A DNA stretch of 64,000 nucleotides. It comes from Balanoglossus misakiensis (taxonomy: Eukaryota; Animalia; Hemichordata). The first letter of the stretch is position 1. Each line of letters starts with the position of its first letter. Of this stretch, positions 24,182 through 35,712 are shown one piece after another. The stretch covers positions 1,053,630-1,117,629 of the forward strand of contig CM082586.2 in the NCBI GenBank assembly GCA_040954595.2, in the 5' to 3' direction. The notes below the pieces were generated by a model that had not been told where the DNA came from, made no database searches, and worked only from the letters and a program-made list of their open reading frames with translations. The position numbers and the translations under genes are program-made.

Positions 24182-26525
24182 ATGGCGTTGTCTGGAAAGA
24201 GTCGGTCCTGGAGCAAAAACGAGGTTAGTGCCAACCGAAACAGTTGTGTGATTCGTGCTTGTGTTGGTTGAATTTCACAGACACCGGACTCATGGCATCG
24301 GTCAGTTCCGTCCACTTTGACAGGTTCGTTGGGTGACGAGAAGTTTCTCCCTTTCTGTCCGTGCCCCAGTCTGCTGTCTGTCGACCACAGATTGATCTGT
24401 CGTTTCTCTTCACCTAAGCTTATCACTATCAATTCGATGAAAATTCGGAAATATAAACACGACTAAAACAAAAAGAGGTATCCGTTTGAATTTATACAAA
24501 GTCTTCATCCATTCTCGTATTTAACCTATCATGGCACATGGGGACTTTTTACCAAAGCTAAAACGGTAAACGACGTCGCCGCTGTACAAACCTTAAAATA
24601 TTATCATTTCACGCAGATAATGTCCCGTTCTGTCATCGATCTTATTTCTTTAAACATTCATCACAGTCGAAGATGCGTCATTGTCCACCATGAGCCAAGT
24701 TATCCAACTTTGTGATGATTTTATTCTTGTATATTTCGTTGAACATCGGCACAAACGAAGCCAATAATGTCAATGCCGTGTCTTGGTCTTCTGGATGACG
24801 TTAACTCTTCATCAAACGCCCAAGATTAACCTGTTCGGTCAATAACCTCATTGACGGCAAGAACCCAATTAGTCGGCGATTAGCGTTGTTTGTCATCAAT
24901 AACAACAGGCGATGTAGCTTTGTGAACAGTTCAGGAGTACAATAGCCAAGTACAATAGTACAATAGCCCACCCTCGGGCTTACTGTCCCTTTTCTAGAAC
25001 ACGGACTTCTCGTCAAACGAAAGCCACATGTAAAAATATGCACGCCATGAAGATCGCATCTCGATCTTTCGTGTCCATACAGTACATATAGTTTCCCGTG
25101 GGGCCTTCATCTTTGTCAAGTTTTTTTTTTCCTTTTGCAATCGATTGACTGCCTCTTTAGCTCATAAACTATAGACTACCGTTATATTCAATGACATCAG
25201 CCTTCATGGTTCGTCTACATTGTGTAGTCACTTTGCTTCGTAACCGTGACCATTTTTCGTTGTAGTTTTGCGTTCCTATTCAAGCGTTGAATCTCTTGCA
25301 GGTGAACTTTGACAATCCAATCTACGAAACTGGAGCCACTCTTCAGGTCAGTGAGACGGGACCATCGCTCGTCTTCCAAAACGAGGCAAACGAAAGCCTC
25401 AGAGTGCAGACGACAGAGGAAGCCATCAAATATTTGCGAAGAAAACGACGGACAAGAATCGCAGCTGTTGTGGGAGCCGCTTGTTTGATGGTCATCGCCA
25501 TTATCGCTGTTGTTCTTTATCTAACAGGTACTACTCATCGGATTTCAATGCCAAGATCTTTTCCTTCAACGGTAACGAAATCAAATGACCCATACAATGT
25601 CAGAATGATGATGTTATCTGTACATTTGTAGTATAGTCTCAAAGATGAAGAAACCGATTTTGGAAACTACAGAGACCATCAGGCAATGTCCATTTTATAT
25701 TATCACCAATAATTATTCTTCCTCAGTCGTTCGTTAATGTAGCAAATTTTTCTGGTGATCAACCTGATATAGCAGAACCTGTATTTTCAATTTTACAGTC
25801 GGTGGTGGCTTGAAGCAGTTCAGAGGAAACCCACCGGTTGCCATAGCAAATGAGAAAGATGATATCCAAGGTAAACCTAAATGTCTTTGTATAAATAATG
25901 AATTTCTATGCCTTGGCGCGTATAGAAGCACGAAGATTATTGAAGCTTAGGATCGTTTGTGAAAACAATACCTAAAAATCTGTTGTTGTTTTACCAGGAA
26001 ACAGCAGGTTTTTTGTCAACTTCACCGTACTCGAAGTAAACGGTGTTGCTGTAGAATACACAGAGGAATATGAAGATAGTAATTCCGAGGCGTTCCAAAA
26101 TTTATCCTCCGTCGTTGAGCAAGTGGTATGTATATTGGTTTGCGTTGCTTTTGGTGTAGGCTGGCGAATTTATTTTATTATATTTGTACCTTTTTGCGTT
26201 TGTTTCAACTCCTTAATACAGATCGCCGTGATCTTAGCGGATACATACCTGAATTTCTCTTCTTACACCCTTTCATCTTCTCCTTCTTTCTACTGCAGTT
26301 CGACTCAATATTTTTCAACTGTTCCATGGATTCGAAATATAACTCGACAACCGTTTCATCAATAAGGTAGGGAGCTTAAAGGGACAGGGTTGTCTGGTGG
26401 CCATTTTGTCTGTCAAAAGTTGGAGCGTTAACGCCTCGCAATAGGGGTATTGTAACCAAGTGGAGGAGTAGTCTGTGAACTTTTTTTTTATTTGGAAACA
26501 ATGCTTCGTGGTAGCAGATCGAGAC

Positions 26526-26562
<37 letters not shown>

Positions 26563-29500
26563 GACAGACACAGACAGACAGACAGACAGACAGTAATATT
26601 TTTTTAGTTCACTTACAGCATGGGAAGTGTTGTTGTAGAAGCCACAATCCTATTCGACCTGAATTCTAATATAAACACAGAAGATCTTTACGCGGTCTTA
26701 ACAGAAGGCCTGTCAGACGATATTTTGTCTAAATGGCTGAACGTGAACATCAGCACTCTTGTTCTTGATGGTGAGTGGCGATGCTTGCAACACACTTCGG
26801 GGATTGATTTTAAGAAGAATTTTTGGGCTCCAAATCGTTCAAGTCTTGGCTGTATTAAAGTGTGTGTGGTGTCGTTTAAAAAAAGAAACGGGGGCGTTCT
26901 CTGTCTTGTTTTCACTGAATCAGTACTTTAAATTTTCTCCTGATAGTTAACACAGAGATTGGTAGCCATTTTGAATGTCAAATTTTATAGAGTATAACAA
27001 GAAACAGGAGAGTATACATAGGAGAAAATACTAAAAAAAAAATATGTTGTTTAGTCAGGAAAATGAGTATTGATTGTCAATTTGATTGTTCAATTTAATC
27101 ACATTCACTCCACCTGGGCTTCACAGAGGCGCCAGACAGTCTCTGTCAACGGAGACGAGCGATGCTGGAGGCCAGGTGCGAGGCGAACACCACGTGTGTG
27201 GAAGTACATTGTCTGGCGAACGGCGATTTCAACCCAGTGCAGTGCATCGCCAGTGACTTTGCCAACGTGTGCTGGTGTGTCTCCAAAACGGGGGAGAGTC
27301 AACTGCAAACGGCAGTTTACAATTCTGTGCCGGACTGCAGTGCTTTCTTAGGTACGTGAAGTTTTGGAACTCTTGTATTCTTTAGTTTCGTCAAGGCAAG
27401 CAACCTTTGTGAGACAAGATGTCCCTCCAACCATGTTATGTTCAGAGAAGTCAGTCGTTCTTATACTGTCCCGGACCTTTTTTTTAAAACTAGACACCAC
27501 AACTCATCCGCCCTGGTTTGACGATGGCGTGCTTAGGAATAATCCCCCTTGGTTTGACGATGGTACGGGTAATCCCGTGTTTTTTGACGTCCCTCCGACA
27601 CCCCCGATGGCCACGCCGTGTCAGGTGCTCCGAGAAGAGACCGAATGGCAATGCTTGTGGCAAAATCGAGGAGAAGATTGTTGGATCTGTCAGTGCCGGC
27701 CAGACGGTGAATTCGAGGCGACCCAGTGCGTGGAGACGGCGAATTACTTGTACTGCTTCTGTATCGATGAGAACGGCCAGGCTGTGCCCGGGTCCGACTC
27801 GTTCGGCTATCGTCCAAACTGCCCTGGTTCGACAGACAACAGTAAGTTTTACAGTTAGTTATAGACTAGTCCACCAGTCGCTTGGTGATTTTTCGTCTTC
27901 ATATTTGGATGCTCAACACGTTTCGTGCATTTGCTAGCTTTGAGCAAGTTTCTGGTACTGAGCTAAGTTTCGACTACGGGGCTAGGCTTCTGGTTTCGGT
28001 TACCATCCACCAAGCGACTATCACCTGTCTATACTTTCAGGCACAGAGGTGGAGCGACCGTCCTTGTGTGTACAGCTGCATCAAGCATCACAGATGCAGT
28101 GCCGACTGGTGGGCGCGTCGAACAACAACTGCTGGGTGGCTGCGTGCGACGAGCGTGGTCAGTTCGAACCGGTGCAGTGCTCGCAGATTCAGCACTTGCA
28201 GTACTGCTGGTGCATCGACAGCGAAGGGATGACAGTGGAAGGCAGCGTCACATGGGGCAGTCGACCAAAGTGCGGCTTACGATTGGCACCGACGCCAAAC
28301 ATACAAAACCCTGCCCCATCTACACCCCCATCACAAGAACTTGAAACTGACGAAACCACAAATGACAATGGGTGGACGACAGGTGTGTCACTCTTTTGGC
28401 TTTTCGATCCACGTGTAAGTCATGAGTTGCCGTGGATCACTACATGCCTTCATATTTATTAACAATGTTATTTACATACAAGCTATTTATGTGTCTTAAT
28501 TTAATGCAATGTGGTTGTAAGAAGTTCTTGGTTGAATAAGTGTGTATGCTTAATTCGATTTTTGGTTATTTTCTTGTTTTTTATTCTGCAAAGGCCTTGC
28601 AATACTTTCTACTGAACTGGCCACAGAAGATGGAGCATATTCTACAGAGACAATAATGGCAACTGACCCGACTTCAGCGGAAAATTGGGTGGAAACAACC
28701 GAAGCGGTGACAAACGATGACGTTACGGCTGAGGAGCGTCAATTTTCCACCGTGGAAACAGTGACTAGTACGCAGGAGCCACAGGCGGAAGACGCGGCCA
28801 GGTGTTTTGTCAAACGCGTACAGCAGCAGCAGAGTTGCGATTTTGATTATGCGACTGAGTGTTGGATCCCGCGGTGCGATAGGTTCGGTGGCTTTCTTGT
28901 TATACAGTGTACCGCCTCCGTGAGTCCCAGCTGGGGTAATTGTTGGTGTGTCGATGAATACGGCAGCCCATCCCATAGTGACTTTAAATTTCCCTGGCAG
29001 ATAACCTGTAATGGTAAGTTTGTATCTATCTCATCGCACCCGTGGCTGAGTTTATGATATGCCGTGCTTGAAAATTTAAGCACGTGGGAAGATGAGCATA
29101 TCTGTATATCCATGACATTGGAAGATTTCTTCTAAATTCACCTATTTTTAATCATCATATTTCTATAATACAACTAATATCTCAGATGGACATACAAAAG
29201 CAATAGAGTAAGTTTTTTTGCTGAGAATGATAGATTTACACAAAATGCTCTACTCCATTTTATAGAACCACCTGGACAAAACATACATGTAAGATGATAC
29301 ATGTATATTGAAGGACCCTCACAAGAATAACATTAAGTTTTGCATCATTCTTTTCAGAAACTGATACATACGTTACAACGCCAGGTATGTACAAAGTAAA
29401 AATGCACGATATTGAATACAATGTGAATTCCTTCGGATCTTCTTTTATGTATATTTATAAATTACAGTTAATTTCTTTTTAGTATTAAAAATAATGATTA

Positions 29501-32500
29501 AAAAAAAACTTGTTCTACAGCTCCAACAGGCAACTGCAACGCATTCGAGTTTGAATGTCTGGATGGACTATGCATCCCAAGTCTTTTCGTCTGCGACGGA
29601 GAGGAAGACTGTGTAGATGGTGAAGATGAGAAAACATGTGATGGTAGGTTTTATTGTACCATTCAAACACGAATGCCTCACGTGTTGCACCTGCCATATA
29701 TCGACATCTCCGTCATGTCTCCCCCCCCCCCCTCCCAAATGTGGTGAGGGGTCTTCGCGAGTTTTGCGGGATGTCGGTTGATCTGAAGAGATGGGAACAC
29801 TTCTGTATCTAGGTAGTAGCGCCGATGATGAGAAACAACAACAACTCACTCACTCACCCTATCAATGCATTTTATTCCTCTACCCTCACAGCTTGCGCGT
29901 CATGGATTCTAAATAACTACATGTGCGCTGATGGAAGTTGCGTCATGCAACACCATGTTTGCAATGGCGTTCCTAATTGCCCAGATGGCTCGGACGAAAT
30001 CAACTGTGATGAAGGTAACATATACTTTTTTACAACATGCCTTCTGGTTATTAGTCGATTCCTGGCTGCCAATAAGTTCGACAACCATCTTGTTTGCCTC
30101 GATAGCTTTTCTCCATTTGTACACTATCCACACGTTGTAGTTTCTGTGAAGGGTCTAATAATTTGACGTTTATGCGTTTCTACCTCAGATTGCTTTGGAT
30201 TTTATCAGTTCAAATGTCCCACAACAGAGCTGCATGCCACTCAATGCACCGTCAGAGGGCAGCTTTGTGATGGCGTTGATGATTGTCCGGGTGGCTTTGA
30301 TGAGTTCGGCTGTACAGAAGGTATGTCATGTATCATTCCGCATGTGTGATGCGCCTTTTTTTCTTTAGAGGGCGCCCTTCCAAAACATTGCGTTTTCTCC
30401 AAGCAGACGATGCGAAAGCGAGGACAATAGCTTCAGAGACATTAAATATGCATTCTCGAACTCAGTCCATATCGTATAAAAATAAAACTATTCTTTTAAC
30501 TTGGACGTGTGCTGTGCACTATCACACATTGGCTTCACTATTTTTGTTCACTACAGAGTGTAAAGGCACCCGAGCTTGGTGTGAAGCTGACGGATTTTGC
30601 ATGTTTCGATTTGAATTTTGTGATGGTTTTGTCGATTGTTCCGACGGCTCCGATGAAATTGGCTGCTGTAAGTACATTTCCACCTCGTACACACTTTTCC
30701 TTTATATCTTGCACGTTCACATACTCGATCTAATGCGCGGATTCCTTTCCTTCCCTACGCACGTCTCTCACTTCCATCGTCATCCCAATAACGGATTATA
30801 AGATTCCCACCAACTTTGCATACATCGTCCTCTAAAACTCTTCATTTGTTCGATTTGTATGGACAGATTGCGGCCCGGAGTTTTTCACATGTGGCGATGG
30901 GACCTGCCTCGATTCGTACTTTATATGCGATAACTGGCCACAGTGCCCAGATGGGTCTGATGAAGACCCCGATGTATGCACAGGTAGGTAATTTGTGTAC
31001 TGAAGCGCCCTCTCTCCCCTCACCCTCCCCTCCCCTCCCCCAGTGTCACTCATAATTGTAAATGTGATGTTGGAGGACCTAGGGGAAAAGCTTTAAACGC
31101 TGATTGTATGTTCGACAAGAACTTTCCCGTATTCTACTTCAGGATCTTGTTTCAAGGAAACTGGTTTGGTTTGTGGCGATGCCAAGCAGTGTCTACAGCC
31201 GGAACAAATTTGCGATGGGGTCAACGACTGTGACGGTGTCCCATTTGATGAAATGTTCTGCATGCCTGGTAAGAAAATAAATACTAGTCTTGTTCTAGTA
31301 TCATCGTGTGCATGTAATTAAATAGACAAGGCGGACTGGCAAGGCAGAATTGTCAAATCAGACAAATATTGTAATAAAAGGTGTAGATTTTTTTGAGAGA
31401 GGGAAAGTCAAACGCTTTTAGAGGGTTATTTGAGAGGGGAAGTTCTAAACCTTGCACCTATTCTAGTTTCATACAAAGCGAGATCTCGCAATGAGCGGAG
31501 AATCATCTATTGTACGTCACTTTTTTAATCACCGTCTTTCTGTATTGGTCCAGGTCCCAATCCATGCGGCAACTATGAAGTTTGGTGCGGAGGATGCTTT
31601 CATCCCCGACGTATTCTGTGTGATTCGTTTGCTGATTGTGTGAATGCGACTGACGAGATTTACTGCAGCGGTTAGTGCAATATAAGCTTCATTTGTCAAA
31701 TATATTATCTCCTCCCTGTACAGCGAATTTCAGCTACGTTTTCTCACTAGTATTTGTTGTGTTCGTTTTATTGTTCAGTACAATTTTAACAAAACAGAAC
31801 CGACCCCTTAGTGCGTTTGTGTATCAAACAGACCATAGAAGAGCATCGAAATGAACGTTGCCTCGGTGCTTTGAGCGTCAATTGGTTGCAAGCGCATACT
31901 AACATGGTAACTAAATAAAACTACCTGCTTTTCGTGGTGCCATTTTAAGATTTGAGTTGTTCCCGCGACCAGTTCCAATGCAATGATGGAGTATGCATTC
32001 CACTGAACTGGGTATGCGATGGAATTATTGACTGCACATTTGAAGAGGATGAAAACTTGGACTGCGCAAGAGGTACAGATGCTTTCCTAGTTGTCTTTCA
32101 TTGGGGATTTTCAGTCAGTATAACAGAGTGATCCTTTCCGAACGGCTCATGCTATATGTCGCGAGTTGTACCCAAATCTCGCGTATACAGGCCTATACTG
32201 GCGGGTGGTATTGCTTAAACACATGATCCTCTGGCAGCATCGTATCATGATCTTAGCCTACCGAAAATATTGATGATACCCTCACACGCGGCTCTGGCAT
32301 CAACACTATAATTGTCAGAGATCACCACCCCTCGAGAGCAGGCTAAAAACCACGTCCTTATTTAAATATCACTTTATATATTCTTGCGTCAGTCCCCGCA
32401 CGAGCGACAACAAAACTACAAAAGTAGTTCCGGCGTCAAACTCGTGTGCATACAGGTATGGCATGTTTTTGGTATTGCACTGAGTGGAAAATCATCTATT

Positions 32501-34505
32501 GTACATCAAAGACCGGTGTTGTAATAATACGTGAGAAATGATAAAATCTATATCAATTGAAGATTTTGCAGGTTGTGATCAACCAAATGTAATTACTTGT
32601 GGTGAAGATTACGGCTCGGCTGATTACTCCTTCAGTAGATGTATACCAATTGAATGGCAGTGTGATGGAATTGAAGACTGTGACTTTGGTGAAGATGAAT
32701 TCTACTGTGGTGAGTTTTAGATACCAACTTAGGAAAATGTATAGTAAAACCGAGTGCACTTACGTGATATGACAAAGGTGCAAGTCGGTGTTGAAGTATC
32801 GCCATAACTGTATTAGCCAATTGGTACATTTTGCCTACAAGCTGGCTGCAATAATTGTAGCCCACAATTATTGCAGCTAGCCTACAAGCATGCATATGCA
32901 TGGTGGCGGGGTGTTCTGTTACAACTGGCAATTCTATTGCCAGAGGTAAACCATAAAAACACGAAATGTCCACTACGAACGAGAAAATTGGGCGATGATT
33001 GTCTGTGTGTGCAATAAGGCGACTTCACAAAGAATATAGGGGCTATAAGTGTCACATACGTTCTCTTTCAGACTACATGTATTCATTTGACGAATTCTGT
33101 GGAATAATGGAAGCCCCCTGTTCCGACGGGAGTTGTGTTCCTGTGCATTTTATATGCGATGGAAAGACAGATTGTGCTGATGGATCAGACGAAGAGAGTT
33201 GTGGTAATTATTTAACTGAAGAAATTTTAATGTAAAATAAGCATGCGCCAAATCAAAAGAAGTAGTTTTGATTATTTTCATTGATCCCACAGGTTGTGAT
33301 GGTGATACAGATGGCGATTCACTAGTATACTACATGTGTTTAGGATCTGGATGTATCCCTGCAGACTGGACTTGCGATTCGTTTGTTGACTGTCCGCTTG
33401 GAGATGATGAAGACAACTGTCCAACACCAACTCCGGGTAGGTTGTTAACATGCCCACAGGGTGCACAAGGGGAGGGGGATAGGGGAATCACCCCCGGGTA
33501 TGGCTGATGTCCCCAATAACTCAGTACACATATCGTAGAAACATACATGACTTCACTTTATTGGACTCGCGTACGAAGCCACTCAGGTATGCTTGCAACC
33601 ATAAAGTAGTTCGTCACATGTTACCAAGTTAGTTATGTAACACTTCTGAACGCCATATGACTGTGTGTGGACAGAAAAACGCACGGATGTACACACATTC
33701 ATACATTGTACATATAAAACTAGCACACAATGTAATTGAAAGCCTACACCAGCGGTTCTCAAATCCAGTCAATATTTTACGCCATTGAACATGTTTTACC
33801 ATCACATTCCAGCTTTTCAGTGTGAACCGATAACGGTGATGGGATGTGAAACCATTGGTTACGATTTAACGAGCTATCCAACACCTTGGGGTATTCTTGA
33901 TCAAAACCAAGCGAATACATTCATGGTCCTTTACAATGCACTGTCAAGTTTTCAGTGTTCGCCCTTGTATACTCTATTTGGATGCAGAGTATTTGCTCCG
34001 AAATGTGATGATGGTAAGCAAAAAAAAAACTACTCGCGAGGGACTGGTCAGTTTTCCTAGGCGGGGAGGTAGATTTTGCGTGCATGTTAATACTCACAAT
34101 AAGACACACTGATCCTCCTACTGAGCACCAAACCATCGCCCCTCGCCTCCCTGGAGAAACTGACTAGTCCCTAAGACCGATCTCAAAATGTGATATAGTG
34201 ACATTAAGGCTGAGTAAGTTTGCATTCCCCTTTTCGCCATCAAGCAATGCACCAGGGAAGTCCCCAGCCGTAACAATTTCCACTCGCACTACAATTTACC
34301 TTCATTCCTAACACATTTCTTTTCAGGACAAATAATAAAACCATGTCAGGAAATCTGCCTTGCTGTCAAAGATGGGTGCTACAACCTATTTGCCTATGCG
34401 TTTGGAGGTTGGCCATCAGAACTCGATTGTGAGGCTTTCCCGCCCGCCAGCAGATTCACCCCATGTTTCAGTCTACGGGAGGCAAATACGATGGTTACAG
34501 ATTGA
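24182..34505 (+). CDS. Type II transmembrane mosaic protein: cytoplasmic FDNPxY, TM, SEA, 4x thyroglobulin type-1, 11x LDL-receptor class A, Frizzled CRD (corin/MFRP-like stem, no protease domain); ~1271 aa
   Basis: 24 phase-consistent GT-AG exons. N-terminus/TM: 24182..24223 (first exon, least certain), 25302..25527 (TM), 25799..25870. SEA: 25998..26125, 26299..26366, 26619..26770. TY: 27127..27351, 27494..27841, 28041..28382, 28594..29013. Micro-exon: 29358..29384. LDLa 1-11: 29521..29643, 29892..30014, 30189..30320, 30557..30667, 30867..30983, 31143..31268, 31554..31670, 31950..32072, 32572..32709, 33072..33203, 33293..33436. Fz CRD with 10 Cys: 33813..34013, 34327..34505 (stop TGA 34503-34505). 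Confidence 0.88.
26521..26592. repeat. (GACA)n tetranucleotide microsatellite, intronic
   Basis: Run of gacagacagaca... about 26 nt upstream of the acceptor for the SEA GSVVV exon. Confidence 0.9.
34039..34172. mobile_element. Short MITE-like element with imperfect ~31-bp terminal inverted repeats, in the last intron of the mosaic gene
   Basis: The left end agggactggtcagttttcctaggcggggagg matches the reverse complement of the right end (agggactagtcagtttctccagggaggcgagg). 134 bp, non-coding, no clear TSD. Confidence 0.55.
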
Positions 34506-35712
34506 GAAACTGTTGCAACACATGATTCAACAATCTCACAGACACAGCACCACACCAGTTAAAAGGGACACCAGCAGTAACTTCTGGCTTTATTTTCGGT
34601 ATTTTTGTTCTGTGTACCAATTGCAATTTCTTGTTCTATTCCAAATAATAGAACAGGAAAATTGTCACGAGTTACTTCTGTTGAGTGTTGATATAACCAA
34701 AATTTCTTGTTTTACAGTAAAACTATAATGCATATCATGCTTATTTTGCATGGGTGGGTTTAATGGTAACTGGAATGCGTACACTTTCGCAATAACTAAA
34801 CCAACACAGAATACAACTGATGTAATTTTTATTGACCATGATGAAAATAAGGCTTCATCATTAATAGCCTGAAGAGTACACTTGTTCGCAGGCTCTCTGT
34901 ACCTCCATCCCCAAAAAACTGCTGTAGGCAGTGTGTGGTTTAAGCAGACCACTACAATTTGTTGTTGGATCCAATCACATTGCACCATTTAGACAGGTGA
35001 CTGCCTGCTGTTTATACAAGCCCTGCCTCGACTTGTTTGATCTAGATTTGCATTCGAGTATACAGACAGGAAGTTTCCATATATCGGCAGAATTTTGGAC
35101 TTTATTTCTGCCTGCAGTCGTTTTGGGGGGATGGAGGTCGGAGACCTGCAAATGACTATACCTTACTATTAAAAATATTCTAAACTTCTGACAGAAAATT
35201 GTGTTTTATTACGAAGATTACCAACCATGCGGAAAAGTCTCTATAGAAAAATCAATTTTGTACTTTTGGGGGTAAAAGAGTTAACGGCCATGAAAGATAA
35301 ATATATTATTGCACATTATTTGAAAACTGCTGAATTTCTGTCCAACACAAAAGGAACCCTTGGTTCACATAAAAACGCATCGAGACATCACCTGTCCTGA
35401 TTTTGCAATACGGCTACAACATCCTGGTCATATAACATATACTTCATGTTCTGTCCACTTGAGAAAAATAAACCCTTTTCTGACTACCAAAGCACCCAAA
35501 TGCAGTCGCTATGCCCAGTCACAACTATAGACGGCATTCCACTCACATCGTGGTCAGTTTAGTTACCCTGTTTTTATTTCCAGCACCAACCAATTCACAC
35601 TAAGAGTCCAGAATAGACATTGATTCAGAGAGTGCCATATGGCTGGCAACTTGAAGACAACACAGTCTTGTGATGGATAGTACTTCTTTTTTAGGTCCGT
35701 GGATGGACGTTT

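Noticed and set aside
24531-24565. Alternative first exon [12 protein letters not shown] for the mosaic gene
   Set aside because: It ends in phase 2, which is incompatible with the phase-0 acceptor at 25302.
29266-29288. 23-nt micro-exon candidate (tag|...|gtaaga) in the mosaic gene
   Set aside because: It would frameshift all downstream LDLa exons.
24182-34505. Calling the mosaic gene CORIN, MFRP, LRP or nudel
   Set aside because: No protease, SRCR, CUB, YWTD or EGF domains, so orthology cannot be assigned from architecture.
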